IMG/VR virus record: IMGVR_UViG_3300025362_000004
Location: 1-64,000 of that record
DNA length: 64,000 nt
Source: a virus
Strand: one strand, 5' to 3'
The notes beneath the pieces were generated by a model that searched no databases, was not told where the DNA came from, and worked only from the letters and a program-made list of their open reading frames with translations. Every line of letters starts with the position of its first letter. Position 1 is the first letter of the stretch. The translations under genes were made by a program, and so were the position numbers. Of the stretch, positions 46,343 through 56,283 are shown one piece after another.

Positions 46343-46485
46343 AATGGCCAATATGCGAATGGTCGCAACCAATTCGCCGCAGGGCTAAACCCTGCTAGGT
46401 CTCCAAAACGAGCGAAAGTCGTCCAGCCAAGGGCGTAACTCTTCTTGAGCTTCTCTAGAGTATAAAGAAAGAAAGGCTCACCCAT

Positions 46486-46567
46486 GGGGTTGTAAGGGTT
46501 CGACAGTATTGTAAACCAACAAACGGAGCAATGCTGGACAGGGGTTCAACTCCCCTCAATTCCACCA
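46486..46567 (+). ncRNA. tmRNA tRNA-like domain only (mini-ssrA, 82 nt)
   Basis: 5' GGGGTTGTAAGGGTTCGAC, P2 CAGTATTGT/GCAATGCTG, 3' GGACAGGGGTTCAACTCCCCTCAATTCCACCA, G3:U pair; no tag reading frame. Confidence 0.75.
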
Positions 46568-46619
46568 ATAACTGGAATATAGATTTGACTTTATTAGTAA
46601 TCTATGATATAATTATAAT

Positions 46620-47525
46620 ATAAGAAAAAGAAAAAAATAATTTTAGTCGCCTGAGCACTAACAGGTTCCATAATCTTAGGAATAATTAACCCGTATGAGT
46701 AGGAATAAAATATCAGCGATAGACCATTGGGAAAGATACGGATAGTTCGCGCCGTTCTAAAGACTAAATTATAATTTTCTCTATTGCACTGAGTGTTAGG
46801 TTCCCCCTAAGCCTAGCCCCGAGTGGAGCAGAGAAATACTGCATAGTCAGAGTAACGCCTGTATAAATCTCGCGTTTGAAAAAAGGGAATGGAGAGTAAC
46901 AGCCCTAGAAAAGACTTTCCGCGTTCGGGCTTGTGTTACTAATTTTATGGAGCCTTGCTACCCAGCAAAATCAAAAAAAATAGCGATAGGTTGTGAGCTT
47001 AATGAGGTTGAAAGAATACCAAACCAAACTCTCCTATATGTCGCATAGCTCAATTGGATAGAGCAACTTTAAATAAGAGACAGGGTTTGATTCCCCAAAC
47101 GGCACCGTGGCAGTAGATGGAGCTGACTGGATAAAACTACCGAGTGTGAGGACGCACTATAAACACAGTCACCTGACCAGTTTGAAATCTGGTGTATCAA
47201 AATTTATTGCGTGGTCTTAGGAAAGGCGCCCCAATAGGGGAGAAGTTGGTTCGATTCCATCCGCAACGGGGTAGCTCCCCATGTCCTGCAGGACTATAGT
47301 CTTTTAGTGTTTTATATACTCTTAATAAATCACTGTGTATGGGTTCCACCAGAAAACCTAGGCCTAAGAGTTCGGCCTTCAGAATTGAATCGGAGGAGCG
47401 GCAACCTCGGCGCAGAAAACCGCCCTTAATTTATAAGAATCTGCATTATCGTTTATATAAGACGACTGGGCGTCTATAAAAATTCCCTATACTTTAAAAG
47501 CTATCCTTTATTGGATAGCTTTTTT
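46620..47525 (+). ncRNA. candidate long ncRNA or ncRNA cluster containing two tRNA-like elements
   Basis: Promoter at about 46585-46613, terminator AAAAGCTATCC/GGATAGCTTTTT at about 47496-47525, no ORF of 60 aa or more, many hairpins. Confidence 0.5.
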
Positions 47526-47659
47526 CTATAACATTCCCTCCCAATAATGAATATTCATTTTTAATATTCAATAATAAAAATAAACAAAAATATGCCTCTA
47601 AAAGCGAAAATAAAAAATTTTCGTATTTAGCCACGCAAATTATCGATTATCGATAAACC

Positions 47660-48040
47660 AATAAAAAAGAAGACAACACTTTGGTTTCCACACCATACAT
47701 GTTATCTTCTCTTTTGCCACTTTTCGCTGGCAACGCTGGATACGTATCTCGAGCTCGTTCATCCTAGTTAAACGTCGTTGGTAAACAAGTCTTGGGTTAG
47801 TCTCGACGGCATGATGTTTTCGCGCACATGCTTTACTACACCTCACATTTTATAGAGCTAGAGGTTTCCTACCGCTTTTATGGTACGTTTAAAGCTGGTT
47901 AAATTCCGTGTCCTTTACGAGACAAGTCGTCGCTACTTATTGAGCAATAGTCAAATCTCTTTTGCCGACTAAACAAGGCAGATTATTCCCTTTGTATAAA
48001 GAAAAATACTCAAGTAATTACTCTCTTTCTTTATCTTTAT
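47660..48040 (-). ncRNA. candidate ncRNA of about 370 nt
   Basis: Minus-strand promoter at about 48045-48075; terminator hairpin AGAAGATAAC/GTTGTCTTCT plus T run; only a weak 68-aa ORF. Confidence 0.45.
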
Positions 48041-48469
48041 AACTAATTATATCATAGATTAAGTAAAAAGTCAAATCTAAAAAAATAAAATATTTTTGTG
48101 GCTCTATTATCGACTATCGATAGTGCTATGACTAACTAAAAATTCATCGATATTATAATGATAGGTTAATTTTTCTCTATATTCTGGCTTCCCTAAAGCA
48201 ACAAAATCGCAATCCCGAACTCCAACCACAATTCACAATTTCCTCTCTCTGAGGGTAATTGATGCGGCGATACGGTCAATCGTTTCTATTACTCCTGAAT
48301 AACAACTCACCTAGTCTCTTAAGTCTGAGTTTACTTACTCTCAAGTGCTTTCTTAATGCGTTTAAATTCCTCTGTATTCCTTATCCATTCCCAGCTATCC
48401 TTACCAGTATCCACATTTAACAAACTTATTACTCCTTCACCAAGCCACTCTAAATCATTCAGTAATCTG

Positions 48470-48757
48470 TTATTTTCCATCATTTTTCTCCAACTCGTTT
48501 ACTTTCTCTTCGAATACTTCAATCACAAAACATATCGCAAGGTTAAATATATCAGTTGCAACGTTTTCTAGATTATCTTGAACCATAATAATACGCTCAA
48601 TTTGTTCCTTAGCTTCTTTGCATTCAGGAGAATCTATTCCCTTAAACATTGTCACAAGTTTATAATGTTCTATTGCTATTAATTTTGCTTCCTCTAATTC
48701 ATTTAATATAAGAATATAAGCTTTTGCTCGTTTTCTTTCAATTCTACTTTTTCCCAT
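48470..48757 (-). CDS. hypothetical helical protein
   Basis: 95 aa ORF with AAGGA RBS. Confidence 0.55.
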   Translation of the reverse strand: MGKSRIERKRAKAYILILNELEEAKLIAIEHYKLVTMFKGIDSPECKEAKEQIERIIMVQDNLENVATDIFNLAICFVIEVFEEKVNELEKNDGK

Positions 48758-49260
48758 TTATTTCAATTTCCTTTCGTTAATTTTTATAATGCTTCGTTTA
48801 CTTTTGCTATTTCGTATCTAAGTGGTTATGCTTCGCCAGAGCTATCCATAGTCAGAAAAAGTGCGCCCGAAGATTGATTTAGACACGCCCAAGGGAATGA
48901 GCTCGGAGAGCGATTTTCCTTGTCCCCCTTGGGGGGTTGGGGGCAACTAACCTAAGAGCCTCGGTGCGGCTACTTCAACTTAATATAGAGCGGGAGTGGA
49001 AATGAGATTACATACCCCACCCCTACCCCTCCCAAGGGAGGGGATTCAAGACGTCAGGCCTTCGGCCTTCGTCATATCAGGAGAATAAATAAATTTCGGC
49101 TTAATTCCTTTTATGATAGGTTTAGGTCGGTGAAACAAATTATATTAAGATATAGTCCTACGGACGTTATCGAAGACTTAGCAGTCTTCTATTAATATTA
49201 TAACATAATCTTAAAACTTTTACAAATTTGCCACTATTTTTTTCATATTTTTCTTGTAGG

Positions 49261-50148
49261 TCACTCTTTATCCTCAATAATCTCCCATAATTTTATATAA
49301 TTCCAAGTAATTTGTAACTCTTTTTCAATATCATTTAATTCAACGTTTTTAAAAGCCTTCGTTGTATCTATTACATCAAGTCTTTTTAGCATGGCAATAG
49401 AATTTAGCTTCGGATTATTAGTATATCTGATACCAATAGGATTGCCATTATACTTACCTGCGGTTTTACGCTCTCCACGAAGGAAACCATAAAAGTTACC
49501 ACTATCAACTTCTAACTCTTGTGCGGCTTTGTAGGCTGTAAGATAAGTTCCTATTATTTGTTTACTATTCATATTATATACTTCCACTCCATTAGTAAAT
49601 TCAAGAGTTTGCATACGCCTACTTAAATGATTTTCTATATTTACTTTACTAAAATCTTTAACGAAAGCGAAAGTAAAACCATTTGCAATAAAATGACCAT
49701 CTTTTCTATGACATATATTTGAAATACTCGTTGGGGCGATATCCAACTTTTTACCCATAGCTGTTACACTATCTTCTTGAGAAATTATTTCAAATGTCCA
49801 AGCGTGTATTTGGTATACAGGCTTAGAATTTTTCTTGCTCAAACCACCCATACTTCGACCACCATTTGCTATATTATAACCTTTTGGTATCTTAGTGTCA
49901 AAATTAGAAATATAAAATATTTCCTTATCATCTAATTCGCTGTTCGGAATGTCGCCTTCGACTTCCTCAATTTTAAACTTATCAAAGCCATATTTTACCA
50001 TTGCAGATAAGATTGCTGAGTTATGCGAAATACTAGCAGATTTATGCCCGTATTTATAATTATTCCAACGATTTCCAATTGCTTGAGTTGTAAGCCCAAT
50101 ATAAATCTTATCATTTACTGAATTTGTTATTTTGTATATAAAACCCAT
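49261..50148 (-). CDS. free-standing GIY-YIG homing endonuclease with NUMOD1-like DNA-binding repeats
   Basis: GFIYKITN..NDKIYIGLT...RW, GYNIANGG, KPVYQ...SV..., AAQEL; own promoter. Confidence 0.85.
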   Translation of the reverse strand: MGFIYKITNSVNDKIYIGLTTQAIGNRWNNYKYGHKSASISHNSAILSAMVKYGFDKFKIEEVEGDIPNSELDDKEIFYISNFDTKIPKGYNIANGGRSMGGLSKKNSKPVYQIHAWTFEIISQEDSVTAMGKKLDIAPTSISNICHRKDGHFIANGFTFAFVKDFSKVNIENHLSRRMQTLEFTNGVEVYNMNSKQIIGTYLTAYKAAQELEVDSGNFYGFLRGERKTAGKYNGNPIGIRYTNNPKLNSIAMLKRLDVIDTTKAFKNVELNDIEKELQITWNYIKLWEIIEDKE

Positions 50149-50308
50149 TAAATCACCTCTTTTATCTTTATAATATAATTATACCATAAAGTGCATTTAA
50201 TGTCAAATTTAGAAAATTTTTAATGGAATAAATTTTAATCTATTCAGCCGCGAGCGGTGTAACCAGAGTATATATTTTTGATACACCGCGTGCGGCGATT
50301 TAGGCTTA

Positions 50309-50557
50309 TTAAGCGACCTTTATATCTTCTTCTCTACGAACAAAATATCCAGTTTTTAATCCAAAGGTAACAATCCCTTGATAGAAAGCAGTTAAATAAT
50401 TTAACATACCTAAATAACCACCACTTGCAATCACTTCTTTGTCTAACAATATTTGTAATTGAATTTCTGTGGTAAAATTAATTTCTATATCAATGTTTAC
50501 TTCTCGTATTTTGTTTATAATTCCGTTTATTTGATTAATTGCTTGTTGTAATTCCAT
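50309..50557 (-). CDS. hypothetical protein
   Basis: ORF in the minus-strand small-gene block. Confidence 0.55.
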   Translation of the reverse strand: MELQQAINQINGIINKIREVNIDIEINFTTEIQLQILLDKEVIASGGYLGMLNYLTAFYQGIVTFGLKTGYFVRREEDIKVA

Positions 50558-50738
50558 GCGGCGACCTACCCTCTATAATACTTATCTATGACGATAAATA
50601 AATTCACTAAATTAACTCCAAATACCAAACCATAAAAAAATGCAGATATGGCAAAACCTGAAATTATAGCCGATATACCTAATGTTAAGGTGAAGATTAT
50701 AAGAAGAATAGTTATTTCTAATAATGCATATTTACTCA

Positions 50739-51062
50739 TTATTCCACCAAACTAACTCTGATATAATCTACATCTTCATCATCAGATATTCTATCTATTA
50801 CATAATTGTCTTGAAAACCTAATTCATACAAGATAGTAGCCATACATTTTTCTTGTATAAGAACTTCAACTAAACTCCAAGTTCTTTCTTCAGAATCTTT
50901 TATCATACTAGCAACATATAAAGGATTATATATTTCATGCATTTTCTTTATAATGTCGGCTTCTGTTGCTTCAAAATCCTTTTCATAATAAATTCTTTTT
51001 GAATATTCTACTTTAAATTTCATTGCATTCCTCCAATATCTGTCTTGTTTTTCTATTTTCAT
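50739..51062 (-). CDS. hypothetical protein
   Basis: ORF with RBS; alternative start at 51023. Confidence 0.55.
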   Translation of the reverse strand: MKIEKQDRYWRNAMKFKVEYSKRIYYEKDFEATEADIIKKMHEIYNPLYVASMIKDSEERTWSLVEVLIQEKCMATILYELGFQDNYVIDRISDDEDVDYIRVSLVE

Positions 51063-51071
51063 AATTATCTC

Positions 51072-51437
51072 CTATAATCCCATTACTATTGAAATTAAAT
51101 CATTTCTAATATCTTCTGTTAAACCAATATTTTCACCCTTAATTGAGGCTATTATCAATTTTTTTACAAAATCATTCATTCTTGGTTCAATAGATTTTCT
51201 ACCATCTAAAAATTCTTGTATTTTATCTACTTCTTTATTCCAATTTTGGATAGCACGCTTAGGTGCTTTAATTTCTTTGTCTCTATCATAAATATCATCT
51301 GCAGATGCTTGTATTATTCCACATTTAGGACATTTATACATATAGTTTGTCTGGCCTGGATAGCCATGTCCATTACCTCTTCCCATATCTTTTGCTACTA
51401 ATTGCGGCTCTGCGCCACATATTGCACAATTTTTCAT
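51072..51437 (-). CDS. Zn-ribbon protein resembling the Lar restriction-alleviation family
   Basis: CAICG...CPKCG...AIQNWN. Confidence 0.55.
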   Translation of the reverse strand: MKNCAICGAEPQLVAKDMGRGNGHGYPGQTNYMYKCPKCGIIQASADDIYDRDKEIKAPKRAIQNWNKEVDKIQEFLDGRKSIEPRMNDFVKKLIIASIKGENIGLTEDIRNDLISIVMGL

Positions 51438-51530
51438 AGTTTCCTTCCTTTTCTTTTCGTTATAATGAAAACACTGTTTCAAGTGTCCAAGATAAAACAT
51501 TCTCTGGAGTATATATTTTAAGTGTTAACA

Positions 51531-51713
51531 TTAGTATTCCCTCTGTAATTCCGATTTTAATTCTTTAATTTTTTGTTTAGTTTCAGCAATTCTGCGCTTA
51601 AGAAAAGATATTACTTCTACTTCTTTATAACAAGTAAAGAATAATCTATTTTTAAACATTTCTAAGTCTTGCTCTAATTCTTTAATTTTTCTTTTTTTAT
51701 TAAATTTATTCAT
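51531..51713 (-). CDS. small basic hypothetical protein
   Basis: RBS and promoter at about 51745-51780. Confidence 0.5.
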   Translation of the reverse strand: MNKFNKKRKIKELEQDLEMFKNRLFFTCYKEVEVISFLKRRIAETKQKIKELKSELQREY

Positions 51714-51881
51714 TTTATTTCTCCATGTTCTTATATCTTATACTATAATTATAACATAGACTATTAAAAAAATCAAATCTAAAATTCCATTTCAGTAGAA
51801 AAGAAAAGATTTAATTCTTGATACACCGCGTGCGGCGACTTAAGCCTAATTCATATATTTGGAATATCGTTACGCAATACT

Positions 51882-52145
51882 TTATATTCGATATTCCCAT
51901 GAGATTTTGTATCCTTGAACTCTACAAAAATCTACTTCGCTATAAACTGGCTTTACATAATAACCTTTATGAGTTAAAAAATCTCTTAAAGAAGGATGCA
52001 TTTGTCGATACTGTCCTGTTGTATAAATAATTTTATATTCACCTTTTTCAGCGGCTTTTATAATTCCATTCTCTATCTTTGTAATCTGTTCATGTAATTC
52101 ATTATAGCAATCCGCTATCTCTAATGCTTCTTTTGCTCTAATCAT
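51882..52145 (-). CDS. hypothetical protein
   Basis: GAGGAG RBS; I..AA.KG...L..KGY.V...ISW pattern common in phage proteins. Confidence 0.55.
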   Translation of the reverse strand: MIRAKEALEIADCYNELHEQITKIENGIIKAAEKGEYKIIYTTGQYRQMHPSLRDFLTHKGYYVKPVYSEVDFCRVQGYKISWEYRI

Positions 52146-52593
52146 TTTCTTTCTCCTCTTTTTCGTATGTTGCTCTTTCTTCATCAACCCATTTATGCCA
52201 ATGATTTCCACAGCACCATTCATCTAACATATAAATCGTTACACGTGCAGCCCAAGCATTCATTCCGATAATCATCCATTCTTCGAACGTAGGTTCTGTT
52301 TTCTTCATAGTTATAGTCGGTTCTTCTTTTTGTCTTTTCCAAAATCTTAACATTCTATACATTGTCCTATCCATACGTAAAAGACGCATAATCATTTCCC
52401 ACTCATTAGCTCTATCTATAACTTGTGAGATAATACTAAATAACGTGGAATCTGTTGGTTCTCCTTCGTATGTTCCATAATATTTTTTATAATGTTCTTT
52501 TGTTCTACCGTCTTTTAAAGCAAAAATCCAAAGAACATCTCTTTTGTCTAATTTGTTTATAGTTTCGTTCATTTTTTTCTCCTTATTTTTCAT
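52138..52593 (-). CDS. hypothetical Trp-rich protein
   Basis: Intact ORF; all Trp codons are TGG. Confidence 0.6.
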   Translation of the reverse strand: MKNKEKKMNETINKLDKRDVLWIFALKDGRTKEHYKKYYGTYEGEPTDSTLFSIISQVIDRANEWEMIMRLLRMDRTMYRMLRFWKRQKEEPTITMKKTEPTFEEWMIIGMNAWAARVTIYMLDEWCCGNHWHKWVDEERATYEKEEKEND

Positions 52594-52756
52594 AATCTAT
52601 ATAGACTTTTATTGGTTTTGTTTTTGGTCTCGCCCTATGAGCCTTTTTAATTTCACAGATAGCCGCATAAAGTGCCCAAAAGAAATATATCCATACAAAT
52701 GCTGGGTGAATAATCACACCAAGTAAAATCGGCAAGGGATATAATATTCTCTTCAT

Positions 52757-53029
52757 TTAATACATCTCTTGAATAAAATAACTTATATCCTCAATCTTTG
52801 TAACTCCAGAGGTTCTATCTTCATAATTTGTATAGATTTCACTTTTTTCAAAATCCATTTCAAGATACAAATCGTAATCTTCATTTATTAAACATTCGAC
52901 TGCATTTTCAGCTTGTTCTTTAGTATCATATATAATATTGATACAGAACGGAAACGTTCTATCATCTATACAATCGCGTGTTCCGTATATTACAAATCCT
53001 TTACAGTTATCCATATTAACACTCCTCAC
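52757..53029 (-). CDS. hypothetical protein
   Basis: ORF in a coupled operon. Confidence 0.55.
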   Translation of the reverse strand: MRSVNMDNCKGFVIYGTRDCIDDRTFPFCINIIYDTKEQAENAVECLINEDYDLYLEMDFEKSEIYTNYEDRTSGVTKIEDISYFIQEMY

Positions 53030-53249
53030 TTAAATCACTAAGGTCTAGTAATTCAACATTATCATTCATAGAATAGAAGTCTTGCAAAGCCCAAAGACAA
53101 ATCTCTGCATCTTCTAAATCGCTAAATTTTGCTATAATTTCATCATTCACGCAAACTAACTTATTAAAAGGTTTATTCACAATATCCACCATATCTATCC
53201 CAAGAGCTTGTTTTATAATTTTTAATCGCGTCAAATAGTCTATTAACAT
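53016..53249 (-). CDS. hypothetical protein
   Basis: ORF in a coupled operon; the start may be further downstream. Confidence 0.45.
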   Translation of the reverse strand: MLIDYLTRLKIIKQALGIDMVDIVNKPFNKLVCVNDEIIAKFSDLEDAEICLWALQDFYSMNDNVELLDLSDLSEEC

Positions 53250-53598
53250 CCTCTACTCTTTCAATAGAATAAATATCCTCAATTGAAAACTCTTTTTCGA
53301 GACTCCAAGAAGCAAAAACATAAAATCTTTTATCATATAATTTAACTCTACCATCAGAATAAACTTCATATTTATGATTATTATAATAGTATTCAAAAAA
53401 ATCTCTACCAACTTCAAAAAGAGGGAGTGCTTTTTTAACTTCTTTTACACATTTCTTAATATTTTCTTCTAAATCATTTGCTGTTTTTAAAGTATCAAAG
53501 ACTGATACCTTTTCTTTTCTACTTAAATCTTTTAACACTCTAAAAAAAGTTGCTCTATCATCAAGTAATTTCTTATAGCCTCTACTCATTTTTCCCAT
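53173..53598 (-). CDS. hypothetical protein
   Basis: AAGGAG RBS; intact ORF. Confidence 0.6.
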   Translation of the reverse strand: MGKMSRGYKKLLDDRATFFRVLKDLSRKEKVSVFDTLKTANDLEENIKKCVKEVKKALPLFEVGRDFFEYYYNNHKYEVYSDGRVKLYDKRFYVFASWSLEKEFSIEDIYSIERVEDVNRLFDAIKNYKTSSWDRYGGYCE

Positions 53599-53619
53599 TG
53601 TTCTCTCCTTTATTTTTCA

Positions 53620-54000
53620 TTAGTTAAATCTCCTCCAGTATATTCTTAATCCTTTTCCAAGATAACTCCAATCAACTTTAAGTTCCTCTTCAGTTAAATA
53701 ACGAACTATTTCACCATATGCTCCGTCATCAGTATTCGACCTGTCATCATACATTATATCGCGAATGTGTTCGTCCCAATTTGCATAATCTTCATCAGAC
53801 CAATAATATTCTTCATCTCGGTCTAAACCAAAAGTATTGTCAAAACTATCAGCCTCTTCCATAGCAACTTCTATCATTCCTGAATGGATTACTCTAACTA
53901 ATTCATTTTTTCCAAGTTCTTTTTCTAATCTTTCAATTATATTATCTGCTAATTTAGTTTCATCTTCTTGTTCTTGTTTATATTTTTCCATAATTACCAA
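53620..54000 (-). CDS. acidic hypothetical protein
   Basis: Promoter at about 54032-54066; D/E-rich. Confidence 0.6.
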   Translation of the reverse strand: MVIMEKYKQEQEDETKLADNIIERLEKELGKNELVRVIHSGMIEVAMEEADSFDNTFGLDRDEEYYWSDEDYANWDEHIRDIMYDDRSNTDDGAYGEIVRYLTEEELKVDWSYLGKGLRIYWRRFN

Positions 54001-54280
54001 CTTCTAAATATATTTTTTTATCTTTATAAGTAATTATATCACAGATTAGTAAAAAAGTCAAATCTAATATTCCAATATATTAAAAAGACATATTATATAT
54101 GTCTTATTATATTTTTGTAATTACAACAACTATACCTTCACAGTATAATTTAACCTTTTCAAATCCCATATCAAAAAGTTTATTAACTTCTGGACTTACG
54201 TGACTAACTTCTTCACTTAGTATTTCTTTGGTTTCTCTTACAAACTCTCTAATTCTATATTTTGGCATTATAAACTCCTC

Positions 54281-54472
54281 TTATACTTCAAAAATTACAA
54301 CATCAGATTCTTTATAGGGAACTTCTATCACTATTTCAAAACTTGAATCGCATTCTTCATTATAACAAAGACACTCTTGATGATAACAAACTTTACCACC
54401 ATCAAGATATGTATCGTTTTGCATTACTTCATAATTTTCACTCCCACAAACGGGACACTTAAATCTACTCAT
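54281..54472 (-). CDS. small Zn-ribbon protein
   Basis: CPVCGS...CYNEEC. Confidence 0.55.
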   Translation of the reverse strand: MSRFKCPVCGSENYEVMQNDTYLDGGKVCYHQECLCYNEECDSSFEIVIEVPYKESDVVIFEV

Positions 54473-54473
54473 A

Positions 54474-54824
54474 TTACCCACTCCCAACTGCAAGTTTAAC
54501 AGTAAGAATACTATTAGACAAGCGATACTCATATACTTCACCAGCAATTTTCTTGCCATTAACTTCTAAATTCCACATTTCCCAATCCCTATCCATCATA
54601 GTAAATTCTTCTTTTGTGATTTTAGCACTCGCACCTCTACAAGAAAATGTTTTCTTACTTTTCGGTCCGCCATTCCATGGAATCATTCTACCATGGCTAT
54701 CCCAATAAAAACTTAATCTTATGTGCAAATCAGTTCCTTCAACTAATACTGATTCTCTAACATTTGTTTTATCAAAACGCGTTGTAACTGACTTGCCTAT
54801 TGTTTCATCTACTTTAAATTCCAT
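54474..54824 (-). CDS. hypothetical protein
   Basis: Promoter at about 54858-54892; RBS. Confidence 0.6.
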   Translation of the reverse strand: MEFKVDETIGKSVTTRFDKTNVRESVLVEGTDLHIRLSFYWDSHGRMIPWNGGPKSKKTFSCRGASAKITKEEFTMMDRDWEMWNLEVNGKKIAGEVYEYRLSNSILTVKLAVGSG

Positions 54825-54945
54825 ATTTTAATCCCTTTTTCTTATCCTTATAATATAATTATACCATAGGTTAAATAAAAAATCAAATCTAATATTCCAA
54901 TAAAAAAGGAAATGCGTAAACATTTCCTACTTAATTTTATTTTTA

Positions 54946-55587
54946 CTAAAACTTTGGATAAAACTCATGTAATCTTACTTGTGCATTACGTGTTTTATAT
55001 GTATATAAACCACAATTGAAATCTACTGCTTTTGCTACTTCGCCGCAGCGGTCTACTAACACAACAGCCTCACGACAACTTATCATACGAGATTCTAAAT
55101 GGAACTCATAACCCATACTGCAGTCATCACGGACATACAATCTTTCTGGCGCACATACTTCAGTAATACGTTCTAACATAAAGTCAGCCCAGCCCCAAAG
55201 TCCATTATCAATATTTAAAGAGTATCTAAATGTTTCTCTTGCTTCACTAAATTTTAATCCAGTAATTCTTGCGAAGGCGTCGCGATATTTCATCATATCA
55301 TTGTTAACTCCGAAAGAACCAGTTCTTGCGTCGTGGTTATACAAGTTATGACTTACAATTACTTTTTGTCCAACTTCGAAGGTTGGTTGGAAAATATCTT
55401 CGAACATATCCATTGACCAATACCAACGACTCCCTTGTAATGTGATACCATCTTCACAAACTCTTGTTACTTTAAGATACTTCCCTTTTGATTCTACCAT
55501 ATCCCAATTCACACGGTAACGATAACACTTGCAAACGTTTAAATTTCTTTTAATTCTTACATAATCTCCTGCTTTTAATCTACTCAT
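54946..55587 (-). CDS. protein with tandem SH3/KOW-like repeats
   Basis: Two repeats of (K/V)GD/QKV.I...VN.DM...G...W..(D)M(F/L)E. Confidence 0.6.
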   Translation of the reverse strand: MSRLKAGDYVRIKRNLNVCKCYRYRVNWDMVESKGKYLKVTRVCEDGITLQGSRWYWSMDMFEDIFQPTFEVGQKVIVSHNLYNHDARTGSFGVNNDMMKYRDAFARITGLKFSEARETFRYSLNIDNGLWGWADFMLERITEVCAPERLYVRDDCSMGYEFHLESRMISCREAVVLVDRCGEVAKAVDFNCGLYTYKTRNAQVRLHEFYPKF

Positions 55588-55829
55588 TTACTTCTCCTTT
55601 TATTTTTTTATTTTCTAATTCTACTGTCTCTACTGTTTCTACTTGCTCTTTTATTTGTTTTAATATATTTCTTCTACCTAAGGTTTGTTTAGCAAGTCTA
55701 ATTATTTCTTCTAATTCTTTATCACTATATAACCCGTAGTAAATAGTTTTATTCATATTTAAACCTACTTTCCTTACCTTATAATATAATTATATCATAA
55801 ACTAAACTAAAATTCAAATCTATATTCCA

Positions 55830-56024
55830 TTATTCATGTAATAATGTAAAAATAACTAAGAAAATTATCATTAGTATTGCAAATGCAATTGTTAAAACTA
55901 TTGGTAACCACCAAACCCACACCAATACGAATAAATTAACAAAAATAAATATGAACATTCCAGTTGTTGCAGAACTGAAAAACATTGTCGCTAATAGCGA
56001 TATTAATGCAAATAATTCTCTCAT
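55830..56024 (-). CDS. small membrane protein
   Basis: Two hydrophobic segments. Confidence 0.55.
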   Translation of the reverse strand: MRELFALISLLATMFFSSATTGMFIFIFVNLFVLVWVWWLPIVLTIAFAILMIIFLVIFTLLHE

Positions 56025-56025
56025 A

Positions 56026-56283
56026 TTAATCTCCTAACATTGCGATTAACATTACAATAAAACCAAAAATAAATACTATTAATGGGACTATCGCAAAGAA
56101 AATCATTGCACTAAGAAATGTTAATGCCACTGGTATCCATAGCGGCGCAGTTACCCACCACCAAGACCAAGCAATAACTCCTACTAATTTTAGTATTAGG
56201 AATACTATAAATGTAGTGCCACACAATCCCATTCCACTTCTGCTATAAACAATTGTTTCTTTAAACTCTGTTTTATTCTCCAT
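56026..56283 (-). CDS. membrane protein with WSWWWV.APLW motif
   Basis: LILKLVGVIAWSWWWVTAPLW, a common phage TM family. Confidence 0.7.
   Translation of the reverse strand: MENKTEFKETIVYSRSGMGLCGTTFIVFLILKLVGVIAWSWWWVTAPLWIPVALTFLSAMIFFAIVPLIVFIFGFIVMLIAMLGD

Noticed and set aside
49261-50148. Group I intron around the GIY-YIG endonuclease
   Set aside because: The gene has its own promoter and RBS, and no interrupted host gene flanks it.
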